Shown here: in pieces, positions 9,212-19,717 of the stretch
Position numbering within the stretch: the stretch's first letter is position 1
How the letters are laid out: every line of letters starts with the position of its first letter
NCBI GenBank assembly: GCA_963681965.1
Contig: OY820579.1
Location: 416,001 to 480,000 of the forward strand
From: a bacterium
GTDB taxonomy: Bacteria > Electryoneota > JAOADG01
Direction of reading: 5' to 3'
DNA length: 64,000 nucleotides
The notes under the pieces: generated by a model
Told to the model about the DNA's origin: nothing
Databases searched by the model: none
What the model saw: the letters and a program-made list of their open reading frames with translations, nothing else
Position numbers and translations under genes: made by a program

Positions 9212-10086
9212 CCGCAATTCGATACAAAGAGTATGGTGCGATCTTACTGTTGACCGCGATTTGGGGGTCGGCATTCGCATTCATTAAAATTGCACTGGAG
9301 TCGTTTTCTCCCGGACAATTGACTCTCGTACGCTTTGTTCCGGTGCTCCCGGTTTTTGCGATAATGATGTATCATTACCGCAAGCGGCTGCGAGGATTGA
9401 CGAAAATCGAGTGGTTAAAACTTAGCATCGCCGGAATCGCTGCGACGACCTTATATAATCTGGCACTCAATAACGGCGAAACCCATGTAGGAGCGGGATT
9501 AGCCAGTCTGGTTATTTCTCTAAATCCGGCATTTATAATTATTGGCGCCTATTTCATGCGTGGTGATCGGATATCCAAACGCTTCTTTATGGGTCTCTTG
9601 ATCTCGTTTGTCGGTGTTTTCGTCTTAACATTAGCTCGCAACGGCATCGGATTCGATCGCACCGCTCTTTCGGGCATCTCGTTTATTCTGCTTTGTCCCT
9701 TTAGTTGGGGACTTTATACAACTTTATTACACGATGCGATCGATCGGGTCGGAGTGATGGCTGCAACCGCAGCCTCATCAACGATTGGTATTGTGACGAT
9801 GTTACCGGCTATTCCATTTGCTTTCGATCAGTCGATTCCAACAAATTTCATCGGTTGGTCCTGTGCACTCTATTTGGGAATTTTTTCGACCGTAATCGGC
9901 TATACGATTTGGTCATGGTTATTGCAACGACGTGGTGCGGCACGTACCGGAATGGTAGTATATTTGAATGTGGTGTGGGGGTTGTTGTTTGCGGGGTTGT
10001 TCTTGGGTGAGGTGATGACATGGCAAACGGTATTTGGTGCAATATTAATTTTATCGGGTGTCGCAGTTGCGCGACGCGCCGGTTGA
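9208..10086 (+). CDS. EamA/DMT family transporter
   Basis: IWGSAFAFIK...RF; two 5-TM repeats; probable TTG start overlapping the upstream stop. Confidence 0.9.
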   Translation: MTAIRYKEYGAILLLTAIWGSAFAFIKIALESFSPGQLTLVRFVPVLPVFAIMMYHYRKRLRGLTKIEWLKLSIAGIAATTLYNLALNNGETHVGAGLASLVISLNPAFIIIGAYFMRGDRISKRFFMGLLISFVGVFVLTLARNGIGFDRTALSGISFILLCPFSWGLYTTLLHDAIDRVGVMAATAASSTIGIVTMLPAIPFAFDQSIPTNFIGWSCALYLGIFSTVIGYTIWSWLLQRRGAARTGMVVYLNVVWGLLFAGLFLGEVMTWQTVFGAILILSGVAVARRAG

Positions 10087-11093
10087 TCGTTACGATCCTA
10101 CTGTCGATCGCATTTATCTATCTATCGGGTTGTAATCTCGGGAAGAAAACCACTGGTCCCGATGATACTATCACAGAAGATACATCCAGCTATTTTCATC
10201 TCGACACAATCACCTTGCCGCAAGTCGGTCTTCGACACCTTAATGTTCTTCGTTATTACAACGGAACGATTTATATCGGTGGCGAATCGGGGACACTACT
10301 TTACGGATCACCCCGCTCTGGGTTCTCTCACGGTCGGTTACAAACAGTCGTATCGATCTGGGATGTCGCAGTCGGCTCTGGCAATCAATTTGCATTCGGT
10401 GGTGACGGAAATATTTTCCGATTGACGAACACCGGAATTTGGGATACTATCTATCACCTTAGTCAACATGACTTTCGCCGAACTGCTTTCGATGGATCAG
10501 ATCGATTGTGGGCGCTTTCAGTGAATTCTACACCAAGTGTGGCGATACCTCCGTACAGTGTGTGGAATCAATACTCTGCTGTCGGTGGAACAACAGTCAC
10601 CAATTTTACTGCAATAAACTTTCATCCTCCTTCGAGTCGCGGTTACTTAACCAGCTCTTCACAATGTTTCCGCTCTTATGATAACGGGATTACTTGGTCA
10701 GGCGGAATTCCATTGAAGTATCTTGCCAACGACATTCTTTTTCTGAACCAAGACGAAATGCTCCTTGCATGTAACAATGGTAAGATCATGCGGTCCTACG
10801 ATTTCGGTTTGAATTGGGAATTTGCACAGATCGATTCAAAAGTCGAAGAACAGATGAATCGAGTGATCACTTTAAGTAGTCGACTCTTTCTTGCCGTATC
10901 TGGGTATTACTATACCGACGATAGTACCGGGGTGACTTCTCGCCGTGGACGCATGTGGCGAAGTCGCGACAAACAGAATTGGGAACTCTTGACCGACATT
11001 CCGCACAACATTAACGATATTGCATACAGCCCGCTTGATGGTTTGTATATTTGCGGTTCCGAAGGATTTTTTGCTCTTGTGACCGTACGATGA
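10083..11093 (+). CDS. Lipoprotein with BNR/Ycf48-like beta-propeller repeats
   Basis: Lipobox LSGC; Asp-box-like RSYDNGITW and RSYDFGLNW; TTG start overlapping the upstream stop. Confidence 0.7.
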   Translation: MIVTILLSIAFIYLSGCNLGKKTTGPDDTITEDTSSYFHLDTITLPQVGLRHLNVLRYYNGTIYIGGESGTLLYGSPRSGFSHGRLQTVVSIWDVAVGSGNQFAFGGDGNIFRLTNTGIWDTIYHLSQHDFRRTAFDGSDRLWALSVNSTPSVAIPPYSVWNQYSAVGGTTVTNFTAINFHPPSSRGYLTSSSQCFRSYDNGITWSGGIPLKYLANDILFLNQDEMLLACNNGKIMRSYDFGLNWEFAQIDSKVEEQMNRVITLSSRLFLAVSGYYYTDDSTGVTSRRGRMWRSRDKQNWELLTDIPHNINDIAYSPLDGLYICGSEGFFALVTVR

Positions 11094-12394
11094 AATCAAA
11101 TCACGTAATCGTTATCGCAACGGATCTGGGGGTATCGGGCGAAGCAGTCTTTCGTCATGAAGGACGCGTCGGTTTTGTTCCCGGTCTTCTTCCCGGCGAA
11201 AGTGGTGAAGTATCATTATCGGTTCGTAGCGGAGTCTGGCGCGGTCAATTGATCCGCCGATTATCCGATGCACCCGAGCGGGTGAATCATCCCTGCCCGC
11301 ACGCCGCACAATGCCCCGGCTCGCGATTTGGTTGTCTGAGTCGTTCTGCCGAAATCGAATATAAAAGAACTCATGCCCAATCCACATTAAAGAAGATTGG
11401 CGGTGTCGACTTATCAGTCTCCGAATTTGTAACTGCAGGTACGGAATGGGGCTACCGGAATAAAATCGAATTAAGTGTATCCGAGCATGGCGGTCGAATT
11501 CTGATCGGCTATCATCTATCTTCCGATGCCGAAACCATCATCCCGATTAAAGACTGTTATCTTGCCGAGGAGCCAATTCGACAATTAATTGAAACGATTA
11601 CCACCTTAACCGACCGAAATTGGCGAAAGCTGTTGCTTCAAACCACTCGCCTCGTTATTCGCTCGGGCGACGGTCTTCACCTTCATTGGTCGTTAACGCA
11701 GCTCCCCGATAATTCCGCTCGCGAGCTACTGCAAACACTGTTTCGCGAATATTCCGGTCTCGTAGGGATTACCATTGCGGTGCCACAAGAAAATATCGGA
11801 AAGCAAACCAGCGAGGCGATCGTTCGAACGATTGCTGGAGAACTTTTATTGACCGGACATGATGGTGTCGCTTTACACCCACAGACTTTCCGCCAAGTGA
11901 ATGATGCCGTTGCGAAACGTTTGGTGCAAGCGGTGGAAGAGTGGAGTACCGATCTTTCCGGACCGCTGTTTGAATTATATGGTGGATTTGGACCATTTGC
12001 CCGCCGTATCGCATCTGTTCGCGGCATTGAGGTGCATGTTATAGAGAAAAGTGAAACCGCGATTCAAGATGGACAGCGTGCACTCAAGAAAAAACCGCTA
12101 CCGGTAACATATTATCGGGGCGATGTTGCGAAAATACTCCCGACGACACTTCCCAAACTCCGACCACAAGGCATCTTACTCGATCCATCGTATAGCGGTG
12201 CTGGTAACGCGGTGATTGCCGAAATGATTCGACGGAAACCAAAGAAAATCGGTTATATCGCTTGCCACGGCGCGGCACTGGCTCGCGATCTCAAACCCTT
12301 ACTCGAGAACGGTTATCGGTTGTCCAATATTCGGCTGTTTGATATGTTCCCCAAGACTCCTGATGTCGAGTGGTTTGCCGAATTGGAACGGTAA
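11090..12394 (+). CDS. rlmD: 23S rRNA (uracil-C5)-methyltransferase, RlmD/TrmA family
   Basis: TRAM-like N-terminus (FVPG.LPGE), YRNK, F.QVN, YIAC...LARD, FDMFP.T..VE. Confidence 0.8.
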   Translation: MKSNHVIVIATDLGVSGEAVFRHEGRVGFVPGLLPGESGEVSLSVRSGVWRGQLIRRLSDAPERVNHPCPHAAQCPGSRFGCLSRSAEIEYKRTHAQSTLKKIGGVDLSVSEFVTAGTEWGYRNKIELSVSEHGGRILIGYHLSSDAETIIPIKDCYLAEEPIRQLIETITTLTDRNWRKLLLQTTRLVIRSGDGLHLHWSLTQLPDNSARELLQTLFREYSGLVGITIAVPQENIGKQTSEAIVRTIAGELLLTGHDGVALHPQTFRQVNDAVAKRLVQAVEEWSTDLSGPLFELYGGFGPFARRIASVRGIEVHVIEKSETAIQDGQRALKKKPLPVTYYRGDVAKILPTTLPKLRPQGILLDPSYSGAGNAVIAEMIRRKPKKIGYIACHGAALARDLKPLLENGYRLSNIRLFDMFPKTPDVEWFAELER

Positions 12395-12438
12395 GCTTGA
12401 GGAGTTCGTTTCTGAACCGAAAATAAAACGTGCGACTT

Positions 12439-14289
12439 TCACTGAAGTTTGAGCACACCTGCAGTTGAATTTTGTACTCTGCGAAATACCAATACCCGCA
12501 ACCATCCCGGTGGATCAACCAACACCCGCTGCTCGTCGGCGATTAATTCCCATCCCGGAACGACCGAAGTAAGATCTTTTCGACGAATCCGATGCAACGG
12601 GCTATCCGTTACAATCAACCAGTCACAACCATTTCGAATTGCAATTTGAGTCGCAGTTGTCAAGTCGCGATCAGGTTCGATAGGGATAACAATACGGGGA
12701 TTGTTGCGAGGTGTACTAAGCGACCACAAATCGATCCAATCGGCAGGATACACCGCAATCCGATCGGGAAGAGGGTACTGAGAGATGAAATTTGGAAATT
12801 GAGTCGGTAGGTGAATCGGTGTTCGCGATTTGAATTGAAGATTGGAAACGACTGGAATTGTGAACATAACAGTGATGGCAACTGGAACAACTGCTATCAA
12901 CAACATCCACTCGCGAATCCTCGAAATCTTTTGGAAAAAGAAGCCACTCCCAATTCCTAATAGTATTGTAACAGCGATGAGGGGGGTCTGACGCCAAATT
13001 GGCGATGGAACAAGCAAAATGCTTGTGACAAATATCAGGGAAAACCCGATAAACACCGGATCGACAACAACCTTTCGCAGAGATTGGCGCAGTAACAGCA
13101 ATAATCCGGGGATACCGGCGAGTAGTAAACCGGCTCCGACCGAAGCCCCGGCATCGGATTCCGAAAGAGGAATCGGCATAATCATTGCCGAACAGCGCGA
13201 TACCATCCGCGAAAGCGATATCATGCCATTGGAAGTTAGAAATAATTGATTGAAAACGGCGTTATTTGCTTCCGGTTGTTGAAACAGCGATGGTAACATT
13301 GGCGCAATTGGATTACCTAATTCAACCCACATCCAAATTCGATTCCACCCCCCAATTAAAAGAAACAAAATGAAACCGCGGATGATTTCCCGTTTCCTTA
13401 TTTTCGGGGCAAAGAGTAGGATCAAGGCAGCACAGATGATTAGATCGATCGGTAAATCCGGCTGCATCGCAACACCCGTTCCAAGCATTACAACAGCAAC
13501 AAGAAAAGCAAATTCAGAGTGTCGCGGACGGTTATGTGCAATCGTCAGAAAATGCAATCCCGCGATAATGAAGCCAATTTGCCAACCAGTTTGATCGATT
13601 CCGGTCGAGAGCGATAGCAAACTGGGTGCAAGCAGCGCCATGCAAACCGATATAACTGCAGCAGCACGCGATTCCAACCAGCGCGTCGCGACACTGTAAG
13701 AAGCAATTCCGCAAAAGAGCCAACCGAACCAACTCCAAATACCGATCATCCGATCGGAATGAAAGAACAAGATCTGAAAAAGCGCCGGCAACTCTAGTGG
13801 AACTGGAATCGCAATTGCTCGAGGATCGCAGGCGCGATTCAATTCGATTGAATGGATTCGAATCCAATCGGCTATCCGGGAGAGGTGAACCGTGTGATCG
13901 GTATAGGAAAGTGAAGAAAAGACATTGACTAATAAACTGTATGTAGCTACGACAACAACCAAAATACCTAGCGCTAAACCGGAATTTCGCAATCCCGATG
14001 TATCGGTTCGATCACCGATCGGAAGTTTCAGCAATGGCGCTGGATCAAATCGTGCTGCGATTAAAAAGACGATTGCCAACCAGAACGCTGCGGTGAAGGT
14101 TACCCATAACGGTTCAAGGGCTCCAACCCATCCGGGTAGCAACAGCGATAATTGAAGATGAAGAAATATCCCGCTGATTGTGATGAGTAATCGCTCGGAA
14201 GCGCGCAACGTACCGGGTAACCGGCGATGTATAATTATTCCGGAAACGGCAAACAAACAAAGTGATATTATTCCTAGTAGGATCGACAT
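12439..14289 (-). CDS. Polytopic membrane protein, possible GT-C (ArnT/PMT-like) glycosyltransferase
   Basis: 616 aa with many TM helices, an early loop YTDHTVHL and a GNPIAP motif. Family assignment tentative. Confidence 0.55.
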   Translation of the reverse strand: MSILLGIISLCLFAVSGIIIHRRLPGTLRASERLLITISGIFLHLQLSLLLPGWVGALEPLWVTFTAAFWLAIVFLIAARFDPAPLLKLPIGDRTDTSGLRNSGLALGILVVVVATYSLLVNVFSSLSYTDHTVHLSRIADWIRIHSIELNRACDPRAIAIPVPLELPALFQILFFHSDRMIGIWSWFGWLFCGIASYSVATRWLESRAAAVISVCMALLAPSLLSLSTGIDQTGWQIGFIIAGLHFLTIAHNRPRHSEFAFLVAVVMLGTGVAMQPDLPIDLIICAALILLFAPKIRKREIIRGFILFLLIGGWNRIWMWVELGNPIAPMLPSLFQQPEANNAVFNQLFLTSNGMISLSRMVSRCSAMIMPIPLSESDAGASVGAGLLLAGIPGLLLLLRQSLRKVVVDPVFIGFSLIFVTSILLVPSPIWRQTPLIAVTILLGIGSGFFFQKISRIREWMLLIAVVPVAITVMFTIPVVSNLQFKSRTPIHLPTQFPNFISQYPLPDRIAVYPADWIDLWSLSTPRNNPRIVIPIEPDRDLTTATQIAIRNGCDWLIVTDSPLHRIRRKDLTSVVPGWELIADEQRVLVDPPGWLRVLVFRRVQNSTAGVLKLQ

Positions 14290-14295
14290 GTATCC

Positions 14296-15411
14296 TTACT
14301 GTTGAGCATCAGTTCCGTGCTCGAAGTTTTGTTGAAAGCCACGTTCAGGTATTGGTTCGGTTTCGCGTTCCGTCACATACGCCAATAAGCGGGTAGCGAC
14401 ATCGGTCAGATGATCCATTACGACAACTTCCCGTCGAACATGCGCAGCGTTGTAGGCGCCACAGAGAAATCCGGGTAGAAACTTTCGCATCTCGATCACC
14501 GCTTTGTACTCACCTTTCTCGGGAATCATTTCCTCAATCATGCCGAGATACTGCTCAATTCGGAAGCGTAGAGATGGAACTGGTGGAACCGGTTGCCCTT
14601 GAAGAACTGCCAAGGCATCACGGAACAACCAAGGTTGCGTGATCGCACCTCTGCCAATCATCAATCCATCCACACCAGTTTCTTCCCAACGTTGTCGAAC
14701 CAATCCGGGATTAATCAGATCGCCGTTCCCGATGAGCGGGAGTTCGCTGGCTTCTTTCGCCGCGCGGATATAATCCCAATTCGCCGTGCCGGTATAGGCT
14801 TGTTCCTTGGTTCGAGCGTGAAGTGCAACAAATTGTACGCCCCATTTTTTAAACCACTGCATCGATTCTACAACGTAAATCGTCTGCTTATCCCACCCGA
14901 GACGGGTTTTTACCGTCACCGGAGTCGAGACGGCATCGACTACGGCACAAACCACCTTCTCGAGATTTTGTGGAGGAATTTGAAATGCACAACCGGGATT
15001 GGATTTTACGTAACCATCTGGTTTTAGCAAACCGGCACCATCGCCTCGACCGGCAATTTTCTTCACCGGACAACCGAGGTTGATGTCGATAAAGTCCGGT
15101 TGCACCATTCGTTCGACCATTTTCGCCGCTCGCGCCATCTCTTCGGCATTCGAACCGTAGATTTGCACGGAAAGAGGGCGTTCAGCCTCTTCGTATTCCA
15201 GTTTCCGGATACAGGCATTTATTTCCCGAACCAATCCCGCTGCAGGAATGAACTCAGTATAAACGAGATCGGCGCCATGCCGTTTCATGATTCGTCGAAA
15301 TGGAAGAATTGTTACATCTTCCATCGGTGCAAGCGCAAGAATTGGACGATTCTTGCCCAGAAACAGATGTTGGACATTAGGATGGAGAGATTGCCAGTTG
15401 ATGGGTGCCAT
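14296..15411 (-). CDS. dusB: tRNA-dihydrouridine synthase
   Basis: LAPMEDVT..PFR, DINLGCP, TVKTRLGW, HART, GNGD, MIGRG. Confidence 0.92.
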   Translation of the reverse strand: MAPINWQSLHPNVQHLFLGKNRPILALAPMEDVTILPFRRIMKRHGADLVYTEFIPAAGLVREINACIRKLEYEEAERPLSVQIYGSNAEEMARAAKMVERMVQPDFIDINLGCPVKKIAGRGDGAGLLKPDGYVKSNPGCAFQIPPQNLEKVVCAVVDAVSTPVTVKTRLGWDKQTIYVVESMQWFKKWGVQFVALHARTKEQAYTGTANWDYIRAAKEASELPLIGNGDLINPGLVRQRWEETGVDGLMIGRGAITQPWLFRDALAVLQGQPVPPVPSLRFRIEQYLGMIEEMIPEKGEYKAVIEMRKFLPGFLCGAYNAAHVRREVVVMDHLTDVATRLLAYVTERETEPIPERGFQQNFEHGTDAQQ

Positions 15412-15507
15412 TGCGATTAATATAAGGAATCGTCGAGAAGAAATTGACTGTTATCCCGGAGTCGGAATCAATCGAAGGGTACTGTTATTACGTAAGTTCG
15501 AGAATAA

Positions 15508-16278
15508 TCAATCACCCCGAAGTTTGCGTGAAGCTTCATCCAGCCGTCGTCGTTCTTGATCGCTTAGGGAATCAAGTCCAGTACGATTTACTTTATCGAG
15601 CAAACCATCGACTTCTTTTCTTAAATCGTTCAGCTTTTCTCTTTCCTGTTCGCGTCGATTCCATTCCCGCGCATATTTTCGGTTAGCATACCAGCGTTTA
15701 ATACGATAACTGAAGTATTTCTCGGTCACCAATACAAAACAGGCTCCAGCGATCATCCCGCCAAGATGCGCTTCATGAGAAATCGAACCATGATCGTAAA
15801 ACAGCGATACAAATTCATACAGCCCCATCCCAAGGATCAACCATTTCGCACGAACTGGAACGATCATCCAAAGGTAGATCAAGGAATCGGGGTAAAGGAT
15901 GGCACTAGCAGCCAGTACGCCGTAGACGGCACCGGAGCAGCCAATAACCGGAATGATCGAATTGGGCGCAAGCAAAGTAGTCAAGACGCCACCGGCGGCT
16001 CCACACCCGAGGAAGAATGCTAGAAATCGACCGGTACCCCAACGCTCTTCCAATGGTGGTCCAAAGAAGAATAAACCCATCGCGTTGAAAATAACGTGTA
16101 GAAATCCGCCGTGAATAAATTGGTAGGTGATAAGTTGATAAACATATCCGCGTCTGACCAAAGCCGGGACTAGTCCAAAAGTGATTGCCCAATCGGCACG
16201 AAGGATCCATTCGAGGACGAAAACGCCCACGATGCCAATCAATAAAATTTTTACGCCTTCGCCGATTCGCCCGAACAT
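15508..16278 (-). CDS. Rhomboid intramembrane serine protease with helical C-terminal tail
   Basis: TYQFIHGG..H..FN, catalytic GCSG and AHLGG; tail VDGLLDKVNRTGLDSLS..E. Confidence 0.9.
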   Translation of the reverse strand: MFGRIGEGVKILLIGIVGVFVLEWILRADWAITFGLVPALVRRGYVYQLITYQFIHGGFLHVIFNAMGLFFFGPPLEERWGTGRFLAFFLGCGAAGGVLTTLLAPNSIIPVIGCSGAVYGVLAASAILYPDSLIYLWMIVPVRAKWLILGMGLYEFVSLFYDHGSISHEAHLGGMIAGACFVLVTEKYFSYRIKRWYANRKYAREWNRREQEREKLNDLRKEVDGLLDKVNRTGLDSLSDQERRRLDEASRKLRGD

Positions 16279-16359
16279 TACCACCACCTGTGTAAAAAAT
16301 GACTTTACAAAATACTAGTTATGCGAACGGAAACCAACAGATCGGAAAAAGTAGTCGGT

Positions 16360-16477
16360 TATAGTGGTTCTAGAAAATAAGTTGTCATGATTCGGTGTCA
16401 GGCTTCGCCTGACCTACGGGCGGACACGGGGGTCCGCCCCTACTACCGATAACAACATATTTTCAAGAGATACTTTA
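16360..16477 (+). mobile_element. MITE-like element, copy 1 (TA-ended ~26 bp imperfect TIRs, internal REP-like hairpins)
   Basis: TATAGTGGTTCTAGAAAATAAGTTGT...ACAACATATTTTCAAGAGATACT; near-identical to 37882-37999. Confidence 0.8.
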
Positions 16478-16537
16478 CTAACGAACTACCAGTCGATCGG
16501 CACGAATTCATCGAATACATATAGTAAAGGACTCGAA

Positions 16538-17431
16538 TTATCGAGATAACATCCACCTTGTGTCGAGTGTTCCACTGAAAACGATTCGAGCCGGTCCTGC
16601 CAAAGTCGTTGCATATTCCTTCGAAGACACTTCCATCGTCAAACTTCCACCCGGCAAGTACATTGCTAATGGACGATCAGCGTCCATCAATCCTGCTCGC
16701 ACCAATGCCGCGGCAGTCGCCGTAGCGCCGCTCCCGCATGCAAGTGTAATTCCGCAACCGCGTTCCCACACCCACAACTTAGCTTCGTGTCGATTGAGTA
16801 TTTCAACAAACTCGACATTCGCACGTTCCGGGAACAGTTCGTGAATTTCCAATTGCGAACCGATTTGGATTGCCAATAGTTCATTTGATTCCGTAACCGG
16901 AATTACAAAATGAGGATTTCCGACATTCACGCCATATCCGTGCCACCGATTGCCAGCCAATTCAATCTCAGCTTCGGCATTGCCATTTCCGACCATAGGT
17001 ATTTGATGCCGGTCGAATACGGGAAGCGGCATTGCTACACGGTAATGATTGTCGTCAAGCACGGTGACTTCGACGTTATCGCTTCCATTGGGGAGTGCGA
17101 TCTGCGTAACTGTATGCTGCAGATACCCACGGAAACGTGCAAAGTGCATTGTACAGCGCAATCCGTTACCGCACATCCCGGCGATACTTCCATCGGAATT
17201 CCAGTAGCGCATCCAGAAGGGTGCTTCGCTGGTTCGATCTAATACAATGATACCATCGGCACCAATTCCAAAATGCCGATCGCAGATTCGTTGAATCGTC
17301 GCTTCGGAAAGCAGTGGAAGTATTTGTTTCCCTTCGTTGGTTAGTCCATCGAAGAAGATGAAGTCATTGCCCACGCCTTCCAATTTCCAGAACGGAATAT
17401 TCGCGATTGTTCGATTGGTTTCTGTAGTCAT
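16538..17431 (-). CDS. dapF: Diaminopimelate epimerase
   Basis: F.K..G.GNDF, GIGADG, MCGNG, GNPH, NVEF, ERG.G.TLACGSG. Confidence 0.95.
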   Translation of the reverse strand: MTTETNRTIANIPFWKLEGVGNDFIFFDGLTNEGKQILPLLSEATIQRICDRHFGIGADGIIVLDRTSEAPFWMRYWNSDGSIAGMCGNGLRCTMHFARFRGYLQHTVTQIALPNGSDNVEVTVLDDNHYRVAMPLPVFDRHQIPMVGNGNAEAEIELAGNRWHGYGVNVGNPHFVIPVTESNELLAIQIGSQLEIHELFPERANVEFVEILNRHEAKLWVWERGCGITLACGSGATATAAALVRAGLMDADRPLAMYLPGGSLTMEVSSKEYATTLAGPARIVFSGTLDTRWMLSR

Positions 17432-17455
17432 TTGGATTGACCTACTAGGCTGTGT

Positions 17456-18346
17456 TTAGTTGCCAACCACCGGGTTGGTCAAAGTACCAATACCCGAGAT
17501 TGAGACTGACACGACATCACCATTTTTCAACGGCGATACCCCTTCCGGGGTTCCGGTTAAAATGATGTCGCCAGCTTCTAACGTTACTTTTTGCGATACA
17601 AAGTACAATAGTTGCCCGACAGAAAAAATAAAGTCGCAAGTGTTTCCCTGCTGCTTGACCACACCATTTACATCGACACGAACATCCACCGAAGCAGGAT
17701 CGAATTCATCGGCGGTGACAAGCACCGGTCCCAACGGGCAGAATGTATCGTAGTTCTTCGCACGTGTCCAAGGTTGACCAACGGCACCAGCGGCTTTCTG
17801 GAGATCGCGTGCAGTGACATCGTTCGCAATGGTGTAACCGAAGACTGCGGCAAGCGCTTCATCCATACTCTTCGGTTTCCGAAGTCGCTTACCTACTACT
17901 ACCGCCAATTCTCCTTCATGATCCACTCGCTGCGATTCCGTCGGCATTTCAATCGCTTCGCCGGGAGCAATGATCGTGCTCGCAAGTTTTGCAAAGTAAA
18001 TTGGTTCGGTCGGCGCCTCGTTCCCCAGCTCTTTCGCATGAGCGGCATAATTGCGACCGATCGCAATCATCTTGGCGCCTTTCGCAAACGGTGCTAAGAT
18101 GCGGACTTTGTCCACTTCATGAGGAGCAATTTGCTGTTCAGCTAACACTCGAGCCATGCGTAGTGTTTCAAATGAAGCATAAGATGGCGTTGCGAATAAA
18201 TCGGCAAAATTCGAAATTGGGAAATACTGCCAATCCTTTGCATTAGCAACAGCCAGCATCGCTTCGCGTAAATCCCACACCCGCTGTTCATCCAAAATTC
18301 CCAATCGTTGCTGGTGACCGTCGATTGTATAAGAAATCAGTCGCAT
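17456..18346 (-). CDS. Fumarylacetoacetate hydrolase family protein
   Basis: GRNYAAHAKE, DHEGEL, NDVTARD, KNYDTFCPLGP, GDIILTGTP.GV. Confidence 0.92.
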   Translation of the reverse strand: MRLISYTIDGHQQRLGILDEQRVWDLREAMLAVANAKDWQYFPISNFADLFATPSYASFETLRMARVLAEQQIAPHEVDKVRILAPFAKGAKMIAIGRNYAAHAKELGNEAPTEPIYFAKLASTIIAPGEAIEMPTESQRVDHEGELAVVVGKRLRKPKSMDEALAAVFGYTIANDVTARDLQKAAGAVGQPWTRAKNYDTFCPLGPVLVTADEFDPASVDVRVDVNGVVKQQGNTCDFIFSVGQLLYFVSQKVTLEAGDIILTGTPEGVSPLKNGDVVSVSISGIGTLTNPVVGN

Positions 18347-18373
18347 AGTATCCTCTCACGTGCCGCGATAATT

Positions 18374-19144
18374 CTATTTCCGAAATAACTGATGAAAATT
18401 ATCCGCCAATTGATTTTGTAATGCCGCTGGCGACAGACCCAGCGCCTTTGCTAAAAACTCGCCGGTCTGAGCGACAAATGCCGGCTCGTTGCGTTGCTTC
18501 CGATTCGGTGCCGGGGTTAGCCAAGGGGCATCCGTCTCGATCAGCCAGCGATCTAATGGTACGACTTTCGCGACCTCAAGCAGGGTCGCTTTCTCATAGG
18601 TAATGTTACCGGCAAAGCTGACGTAAAATCCCCGATCGATAACTACCCTAGCCAATTTCTCGTCTCCGGAAAAGCAGTGAAAGATCCCCCCGATGTCAAA
18701 CCGACACTCGTTCAGTAATTCGAGGATTCGGTCTGCTGCTTCGCGATTGTGTATGACGACTGGTTTTCCAATTTTTAGAGCGCACTGCAGTTGTAATCGA
18801 AAATTATGCTCTTGATTCACTACCTCGGCATAATCTCTAAAGAAGTCAAGCCCAATTTCTCCGATTGCAATACATTGCGGGTCATTCCACAGCAGTTCTA
18901 ATTCTTCGATTTTTGATTCGACCGGTTCCTTATCGGATTCATGCGGGTGAATACCCGCACAAAACAAAACAGTTTCCGGGTGGCATCGTGCCAGATTGCG
19001 TGCCAGAAAACTTGAAGCGGTATCGACTCCTAGCGAAACGCAACGTGACACCTGTCGATCGGTTAACCGCCGCAGGACTTCGAGGCGATCTTTGTTGTAG
19101 ATCGTATCGGTAATATGACAATGAGTATCAATCCAACCAGACAT
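18374..19144 (-). CDS. tatD: TatD family hydrolase/nuclease
   Basis: IDTHCH, GIHPH, GEIGLD, IHNR, HCFSG, ETDAP, RNEP; ATG at 19144. Confidence 0.92.
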   Translation of the reverse strand: MSGWIDTHCHITDTIYNKDRLEVLRRLTDRQVSRCVSLGVDTASSFLARNLARCHPETVLFCAGIHPHESDKEPVESKIEELELLWNDPQCIAIGEIGLDFFRDYAEVVNQEHNFRLQLQCALKIGKPVVIHNREAADRILELLNECRFDIGGIFHCFSGDEKLARVVIDRGFYVSFAGNITYEKATLLEVAKVVPLDRWLIETDAPWLTPAPNRKQRNEPAFVAQTGEFLAKALGLSPAALQNQLADNFHQLFRK

Positions 19145-19220
19145 GAAGAGCTTCACCATTCCTTTGTAGCTGATTTCTTGAGTGTTTTGTTTCAATCTAC
19201 CACAGTAGCAGATTTCATGC

Positions 19221-19250
19221 AAACGAAAACCCCTGCTCTTGAGCAGGGGT
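19221..19250 (-). terminator. Intrinsic terminator after the histone H1-like gene
   Basis: ACCCCTGCTC/GAGCAGGGGT hairpin followed by TTTCGTTT on the minus strand. Confidence 0.75.
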
Positions 19251-19276
19251 CTCGAAACATCACAGCCTACTAGTGA

Positions 19277-19717
19277 TTAGTTGGCATTCTCATTCGGCAT
19301 CACCGGGCTGACTTCAGACTTGATTTCCTTTTTTACCGCCTTCTTCGGAGCGGCTTTCTTCACTGCTGCCTTTTTCGGAGCGGCTTTCTTCGGAGCGGCT
19401 TTCTTTACGACTGCCTTCTTCGGTGCTGCTTTCTTTGGGGCGGCTTTCTTCACGACTGCTTTCTTCGGTGCTACCTTCTTCGGTGCTGCCTTCTTGACGA
19501 CTGCTTTCTTCGGTGCTGCCTTCTTCGGTGCGGCTTTCTTTACGACTGCCTTCTTCGGTGCGGCTTTCTTGACGACTGCTTTCTTCGGTGCAGCCTTCTT
19601 CGGTGCGGCCTTCTTTACGACTGCCTTCTTCGGTGCGGCTTTCTTTACTGCCGGCTTCTTTGCCGGAGCTTTCTTTACTGCCGGCTTTTTGGGTGCGGCT
19701 TTTTTCGCTTCTGCCAT
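19277..19717 (-). CDS. Histone H1-like (HC2/AlgP-type) Lys/Ala/Pro-rich nucleoid protein
   Basis: Tandem pentapeptides KKAAP/KKAVV (15-bp period) over ~125 aa; GGAG RBS; downstream terminator. Confidence 0.85.
   Translation of the reverse strand: MAEAKKAAPKKPAVKKAPAKKPAVKKAAPKKAVVKKAAPKKAAPKKAVVKKAAPKKAVVKKAAPKKAAPKKAVVKKAAPKKVAPKKAVVKKAAPKKAAPKKAVVKKAAPKKAAPKKAAVKKAAPKKAVKKEIKSEVSPVMPNENAN

Noticed and set aside
11090-12394. RlmD as inactive or neofunctionalised (CPGS for CGGC, DPSY for DPPR)
   Set aside because: Catalytic Cys, Gln and Glu equivalents are retained; this variation alone does not support a new function.
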